This document shows, one piece after another, positions 29,896 to 40,408 of a stretch of 64,000 bases of DNA. Origin of the DNA: Vicinamibacteria bacterium. Its GTDB lineage: Bacteria; Acidobacteriota; Vicinamibacteria; Marinacidobacterales; Marinacidobacteraceae. Positions within the stretch are counted from its first letter, which is position 1; the number at the start of each line of letters is the position of its first letter. A program made the translations under genes and the position numbers. Under the pieces are notes generated by a model. That model made no database searches, was not told the origin of the DNA, and saw nothing but the letters and a program-made list of their open reading frames with translations. The stretch lies in the NCBI GenBank assembly GCA_963422395.1, contig OY729431.1, positions 1,716,680 through 1,780,679 on the forward strand. Reading direction: 5' to 3'.

Positions 29896-30887
29896 TGATC
29901 GACGCACCTGACCGGCGGTTGCAAGCCGGCTCTCTTTTCCTGTTCGTGGCTCTTTTCGCCGGGTGCGGCGACGAACGCCCACGGCCCTTCGCGCTGGCCA
30001 CCGGGAACACCGCCGGCGTCTATTACCCCCTCGGCGGAGCGATGGCCAGCCGGTTCACCCGCGATCTGCCCGGAGTCGTGGTTCGGGCGGAAGTGACCGC
30101 CGGCTCGGTCACGAACCTGATCCAGGTCGCCAAGGGCGAAAGCGACATCGGCTTCGGCCAGGCCGACGCGGTGGCCGACGCTCTCGCCGGCGCCGGCCGG
30201 TTCCCCGATTCCCTGCCCCTCCGCATCCTCGCCCGGGTGTACCCCAACATCGTGCACCTGCTCAGCGTCAGCGGGCGGGGGATCTCTGCGGTAGGCGATC
30301 TCCCGGGCAAACGGGTCTCCGTCGGCCCCCCGGGTTCGGGAAACGAGGTGACCGCGAGGAATGTGCTGCGGGCGGTGGGAATCGCCGAGACCGACCTGCG
30401 CATCCGCCAGATGAACTACACCCAGAGCATCAACGGGCTCAAGGACGGAACGCTCGACGCAGTCTTCCTCGCCGCCGGGCTCGGGGTGTCTTCGGTGATC
30501 GAGCTGGGCCTCACCCGCCCGCTGGTGCTGGTGCCGTTCACCCGCGAGGAGATCGCCGCCGTCGAGGCCTCGAATAGCGCCTACCAGGGCATCGAGGTTC
30601 CGCCGGGCGTCTATCGCGGGGTGGACACCGAGACCCTCACCCCGTCGCTGTGGAACTTGCTGTTCGTCCACGAGGACCTCGACGAGGGGACGGCCTACGC
30701 TCTCGCCGCCTCGCTGCTCGGCGGGCGCGAGGCATTCTCGTCCGTCACCCGGAACGCGAACTTCATCCGGCTCGACAGCCTCGATGCGGTGGGCGCCCTG
30801 CCCCTCCACCCGGGGGCGAAGGCGTTCTACGACGAGGAGCGGGCCCGCCGGGGGCTCAAGAAACCGCCCGCCGGAGGAAGGCCATGA
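29895..30887 (+). CDS. TRAP transporter solute receptor, TAXI family (lipoprotein)
   Basis: Lipobox FAGCG and GVYYPLGGAMA motif. Its start overlaps the mutS stop. Confidence 0.8.
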   Translation: MIDAPDRRLQAGSLFLFVALFAGCGDERPRPFALATGNTAGVYYPLGGAMASRFTRDLPGVVVRAEVTAGSVTNLIQVAKGESDIGFGQADAVADALAGAGRFPDSLPLRILARVYPNIVHLLSVSGRGISAVGDLPGKRVSVGPPGSGNEVTARNVLRAVGIAETDLRIRQMNYTQSINGLKDGTLDAVFLAAGLGVSSVIELGLTRPLVLVPFTREEIAAVEASNSAYQGIEVPPGVYRGVDTETLTPSLWNLLFVHEDLDEGTAYALAASLLGGREAFSSVTRNANFIRLDSLDAVGALPLHPGAKAFYDEERARRGLKKPPAGGRP

Positions 30888-32794
30888 GCCCGGACCCGCG
30901 CCCGCCGCTCCCCTTCGCGGTGCTGCTCGGCGGCGCGGCACTCTCGCTGTTCCACCTCTGGCAGGCGGTTTTCGGTTCCCTGGGAGCGACCTGGCTCCGG
31001 CCGATCCACCTGACCTGGATCCTCGTTCTCGCCTTCCTCCACACCGCTTTCCCCGCCGGGCGTACGGCCGCCTCCCCCCCGGAGCCCGGAGGCGTCCCGC
31101 CCGCCCGGAGCCGCCGCGTCCGTCGATTCGATCTCCTCCTCGCCGCCGCTTCGCTCGCCGCCGGCGTGGCGGTGATCCGTTTCGACCGACAGGGGATCGG
31201 CCACATCCTCGACGGACTCGACCCGCTCGACCTCGCCGCCGGAGCGGCGCTCCTCGCCATCCTCCTCGAAGCCACCCGGCGGCGAGTCGGTGCCGTGATG
31301 ACTGCGGTGGTGGGAGTCTTTCTCGCCTACAACGCCCTCGGGGCTTCACTGCCGGGCCTCCTCGCCCACCGGGGGTTCGAGATGGAGCGGATCCTTCGCT
31401 TCGAGGTGTTCACCGGGGCGGGGCTCTTCGGCCTGCCTCTGGGAGTGGCGAGCAGCACCGTCTTCGTGTTCGTGTTGTTCGGAACGCTCCTCGAATCCAC
31501 CGGCGGCGGCCGCTTCTTCATCAACCTGGCGTTCGCCGCCGCCGGGCGGTCTGCGGGCGGGCCGGCGAAGGCGGCGGTGCTGGCCTCGGCAGCGCTCGGG
31601 TCGGTGTCGGGGTCCGCCATCGCGAACACGGTGACCACCGGCGCGCTGACCATTCCGATGATGAAGCGCCTCGGCTTCTCCCGCGAGGAGGCCGGAGGAA
31701 TCGAGGCGGCAGCGTCCACCGGCGGCCAGCTCATGCCGCCGATCATGGGCGCCGGGGCCTTCCTCATGGCGGAGCTCACGAACACCCCCTACCCCCGCAT
31801 CGTCCTGATCTCGATCCTTCCCGCGCTGCTGTTCTTCGCCGGGGCGCTGCTCTTCGTCCACGGCCTCGCTTCGCGCCGCGGGATCGCGGCGATGGAATCC
31901 CGGCCGTCCGTGGTCCGAACCCTCGCCGAAGGCGCGCATTTCCTCGCTGCGATCGCAGTGGTCGTCGCACTGCTGCTGCTCAACTACTCGCCGCCGCTGG
32001 TCGGCGCCGCCGGCTGTCTCGCGGTCGTTACCGCGGGAGCACTCCGCCGCCGCACCCGGATCGGGCCGCAGCGTCTCCTCGAAGGATTGGCACGGGGAGC
32101 AGTGGCTGCAGTGCCGGTATCCCTCGCCTGCGCCGCCGCCGGAATCGTGGTCGGGGTCATCGGGCAGACCGGAGTGGGACTCCAGTTCGCGGAACTGCTC
32201 CTCGGGATGGCCGATGGGTCACTCCTGCCCGCGCTCGCGCTCTCCGGGTTCGCCGCCCTCATCCTGGGAATGGGTCTGCCGGTGACTGCCGCCTACATCG
32301 TGGTCGCAGTGGTGGCCGCGCCCGCACTCATCGGCCTCGGCGTCCCGCTGCTCACCGCCCATCTGATCCTGTTCTGGCTGTCCCAGACCTCGAATGTGAC
32401 CCCGCCGATCGCTCTGGCCGCCTTCGCCGGCGCCGGAGTGGCCGGCGGCCGGCCCATGAGAACCGCCGTCGCCGCCGCACGGCTGGCGCTCGGACTCTTC
32501 CTCGTGCCCCTGCTCATGGCCTACACCCCGCTGTTGCCGGCGCCGGGCGAGCCGCTCGGGGTGCCCCAGGGGCTCGCCTTCCTCTCCGGCCTCGCCGCGC
32601 TCGGAGCGGCGGCCGTCGCGCTCTACGGCCACGGCATCCGGCTGGCTGGCGTGGTCGAGCGGTTTTCGATGGGGGCGGCGGCTCTGCTTCTCCTGTTCGC
32701 CGATCCCGCGGTTCGCCTCGCGGGAGCAGTGCTCGCCCTGATCGCCTTTCTTCCGCAGCTGCGGCGGACGCCGCCGACCCCACCGCCGGACTAG
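30884..32794 (+). CDS. TRAP transporter fused 4TM/12TM permease (TAXI-associated)
   Basis: About 636 aa polytopic membrane protein. ATGA overlap with the upstream TAXI receptor gene. Confidence 0.8.
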   Translation: MSPDPRPPLPFAVLLGGAALSLFHLWQAVFGSLGATWLRPIHLTWILVLAFLHTAFPAGRTAASPPEPGGVPPARSRRVRRFDLLLAAASLAAGVAVIRFDRQGIGHILDGLDPLDLAAGAALLAILLEATRRRVGAVMTAVVGVFLAYNALGASLPGLLAHRGFEMERILRFEVFTGAGLFGLPLGVASSTVFVFVLFGTLLESTGGGRFFINLAFAAAGRSAGGPAKAAVLASAALGSVSGSAIANTVTTGALTIPMMKRLGFSREEAGGIEAAASTGGQLMPPIMGAGAFLMAELTNTPYPRIVLISILPALLFFAGALLFVHGLASRRGIAAMESRPSVVRTLAEGAHFLAAIAVVVALLLLNYSPPLVGAAGCLAVVTAGALRRRTRIGPQRLLEGLARGAVAAVPVSLACAAAGIVVGVIGQTGVGLQFAELLLGMADGSLLPALALSGFAALILGMGLPVTAAYIVVAVVAAPALIGLGVPLLTAHLILFWLSQTSNVTPPIALAAFAGAGVAGGRPMRTAVAAARLALGLFLVPLLMAYTPLLPAPGEPLGVPQGLAFLSGLAALGAAAVALYGHGIRLAGVVERFSMGAAALLLLFADPAVRLAGAVLALIAFLPQLRRTPPTPPPD

Positions 32795-32808
32795 CCAGCC
32801 TCGGGGGT

Positions 32809-33342
32809 TCAGAGCAGCCGCGCGCGCCAGAGGTACTGCAGCGAGGTCACGAGCGTGAGCGCGACCATGGTTCCCAGCAGTACGGGGGTGATGAAGTGGT
32901 CGAGCCGGAACTGGTTCGCCAGCAGGATCCACAGAATCCCCACCACATTCGTGACCGTCGCCCACTTCCCCAGCCGACTCGGCGGAAAGTCACGGCGGCC
33001 CACCGCAAGGCTGTAGGCGGAGGCCACGATCAGGATCGTCGCGTCGCGCGCCAGCACCAGAGTCGCGATCCACGCCGGGATCCGCACCGAGACGCCCTCG
33101 ATCGGCGCGGCGAGTGCCACCACCGCCGAGACGATCAGCACCTTGTCGGCGAGCGGGTCGAGCACCGCACCCAGCTGACTGTGCTCCTTCCGGCGGCGGG
33201 CGATGACGCCGTCCATGGCGTCGGTGAGCCCCGCGAGCAGCAGCGCGGCGATGGCCCAGGCGAAGCGTCCGTAGATGATGCTGATGACCACCGCCGGCGC
33301 GAGCAGCAGCCGGAGCACGGTGAGTTGGTTCGCGAGGGTCAT
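32809..33342 (-). CDS. pgsA: CDP-diacylglycerol--glycerol-3-phosphate 3-phosphatidyltransferase
   Basis: LTDAMDGVIARR...DPLADK motif. Confidence 0.8.
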   Translation of the reverse strand: MTLANQLTVLRLLLAPAVVISIIYGRFAWAIAALLLAGLTDAMDGVIARRRKEHSQLGAVLDPLADKVLIVSAVVALAAPIEGVSVRIPAWIATLVLARDATILIVASAYSLAVGRRDFPPSRLGKWATVTNVVGILWILLANQFRLDHFITPVLLGTMVALTLVTSLQYLWRARLL

Positions 33343-33361
33343 CGGGGCGGGCAGGCCGGGA

Positions 33362-34792
33362 TCAGGGAAAGATCCCGAGCTCCTCGTAGGAGCGGCGGAT
33401 CTTCTCGAGCGCCACCACATAGGCGGCGATCCGCAGATCCGCCATGCCGAACCGCCGGCTGGCGTCGCGGATCTCGTCGTAAGCGAGCGTCATCTTCTCC
33501 TCGAGGCCGCTGACGACCAACTCTTTTTCGTCGGATTGGGTGACGAGCCCGGTGCGTATTTCCGGACTCAGCTGCTTGCCCGCGAGCAGCTCGGCGGCGG
33601 TGAGCAGCGCGTTCGCATTGGCGATTTCGAGACGCTTCTCCAAGAGCCCGAAGCGCATGTGCGAGAGGTTCCGTGCCCACTCGAAATAGGACACCACCAC
33701 CCCGCCGGCGTTCAGATAGACATCCGGGATCACCGGAATCCGCCGCTCGCGGAGGATCCGATCGCCCGCGGGAGTGGTCGGTCCGTTCGCCGCCTCCGCC
33801 ACCAGCTTCGCCTCGACCAGCGGCGCGGTCTCGGCGTTGATGACATTCTCGATCGCCGCCGGAATCAGCACATCGCAGGGAACCGCGAGCACCGCCTCGG
33901 GAGGCAGCTCCGTTTCGGCGGCGGGAAAGCCGCGCACCGTTCCCCGCTCCCGCTGCCACTCCTGAAGCTCGGCCACCGGGATCCCGTCGCCGCCCCGGCG
34001 AACGACGGTCGTGTCCCACTCGCCGATGGCGACGATCTTCGCGCCCCGGCGGGAGAGGATGTCGGCGGTGTGGAAGCCGACATTCCCGAAACCCTGGATC
34101 GCCACTCGCTTGCCATCGAGCCCGCGGCTCAGTCCGGACCCGGGAAAGTCCTCCACGAATTCGAGCCCGCGGCCGAGGCCGAGGACCACGCCCCGGCCGG
34201 TCGCGTCGGCGCGTCCACGCACCCCGCCCTGCGTGACCGGCTTGCCGGTGACGCAGGCGAAATTGTCGATCTCGCCGGGATGCATCGCATCGTAGGTGTC
34301 GGCGATCCAGGCCATCTCGCGGGGGCCGGTCCCCAGATCGGGAGCCGGAACATTCACCCCCGGACCGATGAAATTCTTGCGGATCAGCTCGGCGGTGTAC
34401 CGACGGGTGATCCGCTCCACCTGCTCGGGGCGGTACCGGCGCGGATCGAACGCCACCCCGCCCTTCGAACCGCCGAAGGGCACATTCACGATGGCGCACT
34501 TGTAGGTCATGAGCGCCGAGAGCGCGCTGATCTCCTGTTGGTTGACGAGCGGGCTGTAGCGGATACCGCCCTTCAGCGGATGGCGGTGGTGGCTGTGTTC
34601 CGCACGCCATCCGGAAAAGACCTCCACCCGGTCGCCGAACTTGACCGGAAACCGAGTGTAGTAGATCGAATCGGTGAGGCAGATCTGCTGGAGCAGACCG
34701 GTCGGGAGCTCCAGCTTGCGCGCCGCTTCGTGAACGAGACCGTGAACGCTCCGTTCGAGATCGAGATCCAGGGATCTTCCGTTCGCGGTCAT
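33362..34792 (-). CDS. gdhA: Glutamate dehydrogenase (Glu/Leu/Phe/Val dehydrogenase family)
   Basis: Motifs GGSKGG (NVPFGGSKGGVAFDP) and GFGNVG. Start MTANGRS overlaps the upstream stop (ATGA). Confidence 0.85.
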   Translation of the reverse strand: MTANGRSLDLDLERSVHGLVHEAARKLELPTGLLQQICLTDSIYYTRFPVKFGDRVEVFSGWRAEHSHHRHPLKGGIRYSPLVNQQEISALSALMTYKCAIVNVPFGGSKGGVAFDPRRYRPEQVERITRRYTAELIRKNFIGPGVNVPAPDLGTGPREMAWIADTYDAMHPGEIDNFACVTGKPVTQGGVRGRADATGRGVVLGLGRGLEFVEDFPGSGLSRGLDGKRVAIQGFGNVGFHTADILSRRGAKIVAIGEWDTTVVRRGGDGIPVAELQEWQRERGTVRGFPAAETELPPEAVLAVPCDVLIPAAIENVINAETAPLVEAKLVAEAANGPTTPAGDRILRERRIPVIPDVYLNAGGVVVSYFEWARNLSHMRFGLLEKRLEIANANALLTAAELLAGKQLSPEIRTGLVTQSDEKELVVSGLEEKMTLAYDEIRDASRRFGMADLRIAAYVVALEKIRRSYEELGIFP

Positions 34793-35787
34793 GGGTCGGG
34801 ATCGTAGAACAGCGTGAGAGGCGCCCGAGCGGGATTCGCGCCGTTCGGGGCCGCCGGTGGATCGAGTGGAGCGGGCAGGAAGTCCCGGACCGCTGCCCGG
34901 CAGGCGGCGGGATCCTCGAGGCAGGGGCGGCCGTGGGACGCCCCCTCGATGGTGATCATCCGGCTCGCAGACAGTCCGTTCGCCCGGAAGACCGCCGCTT
35001 GGCCGGAGACGGGCGCGCGGCGGTCGGCATCGCCCGCGATCACCAGCACCGGGACCCCGCGTGCGCCCAGCTGCCGGGAGAGCATCTCCACATCCAGGTC
35101 TCGGGGCGAAACCCCCGCCGAGAGACGCATTCCCGCGAGGGTGAGATCCCCCGCGGGGAAAGGCGGGAGCCCGAGAAACAGGTCGGCGTAGCGGTCCACC
35201 ACCGCGGGTGCGCTCTGGAAGACGCTGTCGAGGACGACCCCCGCCGGCCGAAGAGCGGTAGCGACCCCCGCTCCGGCCGCTGCGGCCCCGCCCATGGAGA
35301 CTCCGTGGAGGACGAGCGGCTCGTCGGGGAACACCTGGCCCAGGTAGTCGGCCCCGGCGAGGACATCGAACCGCTCCAAGTAGCCGAGCGTCGTTCGCTC
35401 GCCGCCGCTCCCGCCGTGGCGCCGAAGGTCGAGCAGCAGCGCCCGGCATCCGTTCCGCACGAGCCAGGCGCCGTGCGCCAGGAGCTCGCGCCGAGAGCGA
35501 AAGAGGCCGTGCGCCAGGACTACCGAGCAGCGGACCGGCTCCCGGCCCGGCAGCAGCCACGCGGAAACCCGCACCCCGTCGCGGGTCTGGAGGAAGACGG
35601 TTCGGTAGGAAAGCCCTTCGTCCGCAGGGGTGGAGGTCAATACCCGATCCTGCGGCCTCGTCCCGGCGAACCGGGTCAGCATCACCCCCACCGCCATCGG
35701 AACCCCGAGCGCGAACAGGAGGAGCAGGGTCCCGAACCCGGCGAGCACGAAAAGCCACCGGCGGCGACGGCGGGTTCGAGAACTCAC
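34789..35787 (-). CDS. Alpha/beta hydrolase with N-terminal TM anchor (GTG start overlapping MFS stop as GTGA)
   Basis: Nucleophile elbow GVSMGG. Transmembrane helix WLFVLAGFGTLLLLFALGV. Confidence 0.6.
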   Translation of the reverse strand: MSSRTRRRRRWLFVLAGFGTLLLLFALGVPMAVGVMLTRFAGTRPQDRVLTSTPADEGLSYRTVFLQTRDGVRVSAWLLPGREPVRCSVVLAHGLFRSRRELLAHGAWLVRNGCRALLLDLRRHGGSGGERTTLGYLERFDVLAGADYLGQVFPDEPLVLHGVSMGGAAAAGAGVATALRPAGVVLDSVFQSAPAVVDRYADLFLGLPPFPAGDLTLAGMRLSAGVSPRDLDVEMLSRQLGARGVPVLVIAGDADRRAPVSGQAAVFRANGLSASRMITIEGASHGRPCLEDPAACRAAVRDFLPAPLDPPAAPNGANPARAPLTLFYDPDP

Positions 35788-36998
35788 GCGGCGGAGCGCG
35801 GTTCCGGCACCCGCGCCACGAAGACCGCCGCGAGGGCGCCGAATCCCGCCATGGCCCAGCAGACCGCCGAGAACCCGAACGGGTACAGCGCGCCGCCGAG
35901 CGCCGCCGCGGCGGCGATGCCGAGTTGGGAAAATGTGTTGGAGAAGGCGAGGAAAGCCGCTCTTCGGTTCGGTTCCACGAGTTCGCTGCGGAGTGCGGCG
36001 AAGGCGGCGATCCGGGCGACCCCGAAGCAGCCGAAGGCGAGGAGCACGAGGAGGAGCGCCGCACCCGACAGATAGGGCAGCGCCAAGGTGAGGGCGACCA
36101 CCGCAAACGACGCGGCGAGGGTGAAGCGGCGCTTGCCGAAACGGTCGGCGAGCGGCCCGCTGAGCGGCTGCACCACGAAGATCGCCGCGCCGAAGGCGCC
36201 ATAGAGCAGCCCGACCTGTTCGAGCGAAAGTCCCCGGCTCTGCTGCATCCACCCCGAGGCATAGGCAGAAACCCCGATCAGGCTGCCGGACATGCAGAAG
36301 GCGGCGAGCGCCGCGGTCCGGAGCCGCGGGCGCCGCAGGAACTCGAGATGTCCCGCCAGATGTTGCGTCAGCCCTTTCTTCGGGGAGCGCGCCGGCGCCT
36401 CCGGGGGCGCGTTTCGACGCGAGAGCGCCTCTGGCCGCCGCGGGAGAGCGAGCAGCATCCCCGCGCAAACGACAGCGAAGAGGGCGAGCCCGGCATACAC
36501 CGCAGGGTGCCCGAAGCGTCCCGCAGTGAAAGCGGCCACGACCTGCCCCAGTATCGCCGCACCCATCGCTCCTCCCATCAGGATCGCCATGACCCGTCCC
36601 CGCCGTTCGTACGGCACCAGATCGGCGACCCAGGCGATCGCCAGCGCGGCGATGGTCCCGCCGGCCGCCCCGGCTCCGATCCGCGCCAGCAGGAAGGCGC
36701 CGTACCGCGGATAGAACGCGATCACCGCCGCCGAGCCGAAGAGCACCAGCACCGCTCCCAACAGGTAGCGGCGGCGCCCCCTGACATCGGACAGCGGACC
36801 GACGACCAGCGCGGTCAGCGAGGCGGCGAAGGCGTAGGCGGAAAGCGCGAAGCCCACCGCAGGCACCGAAACCTCGAGCCCGTCGGCGAGCACCGCGATG
36901 AGCGGCGTGATCACCTGCTGGTCGAGCAACCCGACTCCGAGCGTCGCTCCCAGCACCGTCCCCGGCCAAGCGAAGGAAGGCGTGCTCGAACGGTCGCT
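35784..36998 (-). CDS. MFS transporter
   Basis: 12 predicted transmembrane segments and the MFS motif GPLSDVRGRRR. Confidence 0.7.
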   Translation of the reverse strand, partial: SDRSSTPSFAWPGTVLGATLGVGLLDQQVITPLIAVLADGLEVSVPAVGFALSAYAFAASLTALVVGPLSDVRGRRRYLLGAVLVLFGSAAVIAFYPRYGAFLLARIGAGAAGGTIAALAIAWVADLVPYERRGRVMAILMGGAMGAAILGQVVAAFTAGRFGHPAVYAGLALFAVVCAGMLLALPRRPEALSRRNAPPEAPARSPKKGLTQHLAGHLEFLRRPRLRTAALAAFCMSGSLIGVSAYASGWMQQSRGLSLEQVGLLYGAFGAAIFVVQPLSGPLADRFGKRRFTLAASFAVVALTLALPYLSGAALLLVLLAFGCFGVARIAAFAALRSELVEPNRRAAFLAFSNTFSQLGIAAAAALGGALYPFGFSAVCWAMAGFGALAAVFVARVPEPRSAA

Positions 36999-37055
36999 CA
37001 TGGCAGTCGGGAGGGGCGAAAACCCGGAGGCTCGGGTATTCTCGCGCTGCCCCGC

Positions 37056-40000
37056 CATGTCTGTCCTCGAAAGGTTCACCTCACCACTCAAAAGCCGCGA
37101 CGCAGCGGCGCGCCTCAGCGCGGTGCAGCGGCATCCGGTGGAGGATACGGAAACGCTCGCGCAGCTGGCCCGCCAGGACCCCGACCCGCGCGTCCGCAAG
37201 GAGGCCATTCGTCGGATCGAAGCTCCGCGGGTACTCGCTGCGCTCGGGACCACCGCCGGAGACGAGGCCGCCAGACGACTGGCCCGGTCGAAGAGCGAAT
37301 CGCTGCTGGTCAAGATCGCTGCGGACGACCGGGATCTGGAAGAGTCCCGCCGGGCACTCGGGCTGCTCGGCCCCCTCCGCGCTCTCGCCGAAGTCGTCTG
37401 CCGAGCGCGTTTCGACGCGATTCGGGACGAAGCCTTCGATCGGCTGACCGATGTCGGAGATGGGGAAGCTGCCGCCGCGGAGCAGGAGGCGGCGTTCGCC
37501 CTCGTCGCTGCGCGGGCGGGGGAGCCTTCCTTGCGGAGACGAGCTCTGGAGGCGATCCGTGGAGACGCAGCCTTGATGCAGGTGGCGACGGGCGCCGGAG
37601 CCCGGGAGATCGCCCAGGCGGCAGTTCGCCGGATCGAGGACCCGGAGGTGCTGCTCGGCGTCGCGGGCAACAACGCTCCGAAGAGCGTGCGGCGGCTCGC
37701 CCAGCGGCGGGCCGAAGAGCGGTTGCCGGAAAACCATCCCGAAAGGGCGCGAGCGCGGGAAAAGGCGGTCCGGGCCCTTCTGGAGCGGCTCGAAGGCGGC
37801 GACCCGGAGAGCGTGGCACGGAGCCCGCAGCTCTTCGCCGAAGCGGAGACGCTCGCCGCCGCCGGACCGCTCGACGACGGACTCCTCCGCCGGCTCGCCG
37901 CGGTGCGGGCTCGGCGGGAGGACCACGAGGCGCGGGCCGTGAACCGTGAGAGCCTTTTCGCTCCCCTCCCGGAAGCGGCACTCCGCCGTCCCGCCGCCCC
38001 GGCGGGGGGGAGCCCCGATCCTTCGGTCCCTCCCGAATACACCGAGCTCCTCGCCCGCCTCGAAGATCCGGAAGCGGAGCTCTCCGTCTCCGCAGTGGAC
38101 GACGCCGAAAGGGAGGCCGGCCGGCTGCTTTCGGAGTTCGCCGAGGACTCGGAGACCCGCGTGCACCTCGCCGCTGCGCTCCGGGAGGCGCGCTCCCGCG
38201 CCTTCGACCGGAAGAAACGCCGCGCCGGAGAATTCGAACTCGCCGAAATGGCCGATCATGCGGCGGCACTCGCCCGCTCGCTGAAGAGCGAACCCGAGGA
38301 AGTGGCCGTGGACGCCGCGCAACGGGAATTGACGCGGCTGGTGCGGCGCTTCGAGAAGAGGGATCCCCCGAAGGCAGCAGCCCCCGAACGCGAACGGTTC
38401 GAGAGCGCGGTCGCGGACGCCGAAGCGCTCCTCGCCGCCGCAAGGGAGGCCCGCGCCGAGCGGCGCCGCAAGGCCCGGGAGCGTTTCGACGCGCTCGATC
38501 GACGCCTCGAAGCGCTCGAGGCCTCCGCTCCCCTGCCGCTCGAAGACGCGGAGACCGCACTTCGCGACCTCGGCGCGCTCCGCAGCGACCGCGCGGCGTG
38601 GAAGGCCGCCGGGCCGGAAGCGGCGGCGCGTTTCCAGCGGCGTCAGGCGGCGCTCCTCCCGCGGCTCCGCGAAGCTCGGGAGGAACGCGAGTGGCGCCAC
38701 TGGTCCAACCTCGAGGGACAGGCGGAGCTGATCCGACAGGCGCGGGCGCTCCTCGAAGTGCCCGAGGGCACCGATGACGCCCGGGTGGACCGCGAACTGA
38801 CCCGGCTGGAGCGATCCTGGCGCGAGGTGCGCCACACGAGCCGCGACCGCGGTCAGGAGCTTTGGGAGGAGTGGGGGCAAGTCCGCGGCCAGCTCCTTTT
38901 GCGAGTCGCGCCGTTCCGCGAGGCCCGGGAGCGCGATTTCGCGGAGAGGCTCGAAGGTCTGGATGCGATCGCCGCACAGGCCGAGACGATCGCGGATGCT
39001 TCGGACCCGAGCCGGGCCGCCGAAATGCGCGCGCTGATGAGCGACTGGCGAGCTCGGGCGAAAGGAATGGGGAAGCGCACGGAACCGGTCTGGAAGCGCT
39101 TCCGTGCTGCGAACGACCGTTATTTCGAGGCGCTGCAGGAGAGCCGAGCGAAGCGGCTCGCCGAATTGGCAGCGAACATCCCGATCCGGGAGGAACTGAT
39201 CCGCCGGGCGAAAGCCCTCTTGGCAGAGGAGTCTGCCAAGGCCTCCGAAGAGGCGGTGCGCAGCGCGGTTCGAGAACTGATGCACGCATGGAAGGAGGCC
39301 CCGCCCATCCCGCGGAAGCGGTCGGACCGGCTGTGGGAGGAGTTTCGCAGTGCCTGCGACGCGGCGCGGGATCGCTTCCGCAAGACCGTAGATTCGGAGA
39401 CGGACAGGGAGGGCGGCGAGCCGGCGCCCGTCGAAGCGGAGCGGCAGACCGCGCTCCGGGCCCGCGTCGCCGAAGTGACGGCGCTGCCTTCCGCCGAGCG
39501 CCCCGGCGCCGCGGCAGCAGCCTGGAGTGAATACCGGAAGATACAGCGGGACGGCAACGGCGACACCGGTTCCGAAAAAGCGGGCACCGCACTGCACGCC
39601 TGCCTGCGCGAGGCCTTCGAGAAAGCCCCCGAATCCTTCGCCGGCACCCGCTTCGACCAGGAGGCGCTCGCCGAGCGGCTTCGCGGGCTCCTCGGATCCA
39701 TCGAACCACTCGCCCGCCGCGGCGACCGGGCGCCCAAGGAGGGAGGCGTCGCGATGTTCGCCGAACATCTGCAGCGCACCTTCGGCCAGGGACGCGCCGC
39801 CGACCGCGACGCCGAAGCCCGCGGCGCCGCCCGGACCGCCCGGCAGATACTCGAACGGGCGCGCGCCTCCGGCCCGGCGCTCTCCGAGGCGGCGGCCGCT
39901 TCGCTCACGCGCATCGAGCAGTTGGTGAAGGAGGTCATCTCCCGCGCTCCCCCGCCCCCGAAGCAGTTTCCAGACGAGCAGAAGCGCCGCTCTCCCCGCC

Positions 40001-40065
40001 GCCCGTTCCGCTCCCGACAGGACGGGCCCCGCGAAAGGCCTCGCCGCGACCGGCCCGCCCGCTGA
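37056..40065 (+). CDS. Large alpha-helical repeat protein, DUF349-like (repeated W-containing approx. 75-aa units)
   Basis: 1003 aa with recurring ELWEEW / RLWEEF / PVWKRF motifs, charged and helical. The antisense ORFs are spurious. Confidence 0.55.
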
Positions 40066-40155
40066 TTCCTTCGCCGCGTCTCGCAAGGCCCTCGAACTCT
40101 CGCAGGCCCCGTTCGCCGGAAGCATCAGCCTCCCTGTCCGGGCTCGCCCCGGACC

Positions 40156-40395
40156 AGCGCTGCTCCGCGGCCAGAAAAAAAGACCTGTTGCGCCCGAGCC
40201 TCCGGCTCGGGCGCGGCGCAGCGGGGGTATGGGTGAAAAGGGGGTAGACCCCCTTTCACGAATTGGTAACCCCGAAGCCGAACTCGCTGCCTCCGGCAGC
40301 AGTTCGGCTTCCCGGCGCGGAGCGCCGGGCGGTGCGGGAACGGGGCGTCCCGTTCATCCCACAAGGGTGCGCAACGCAATCCGACATCACGCCCC
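40156..40395. repeat. Fourth copy of the module A + module B multi-hairpin repeat (divergent copy with stem-preserving substitutions)
   Basis: About 85% identity to 5088-5497. Hairpin loops differ (tagac vs tccac; ctccggcag vs ccggaggcag) while stems are kept. Confidence 0.8.
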
Positions 40396-40408
40396 GTTCT
40401 CGAACCGC

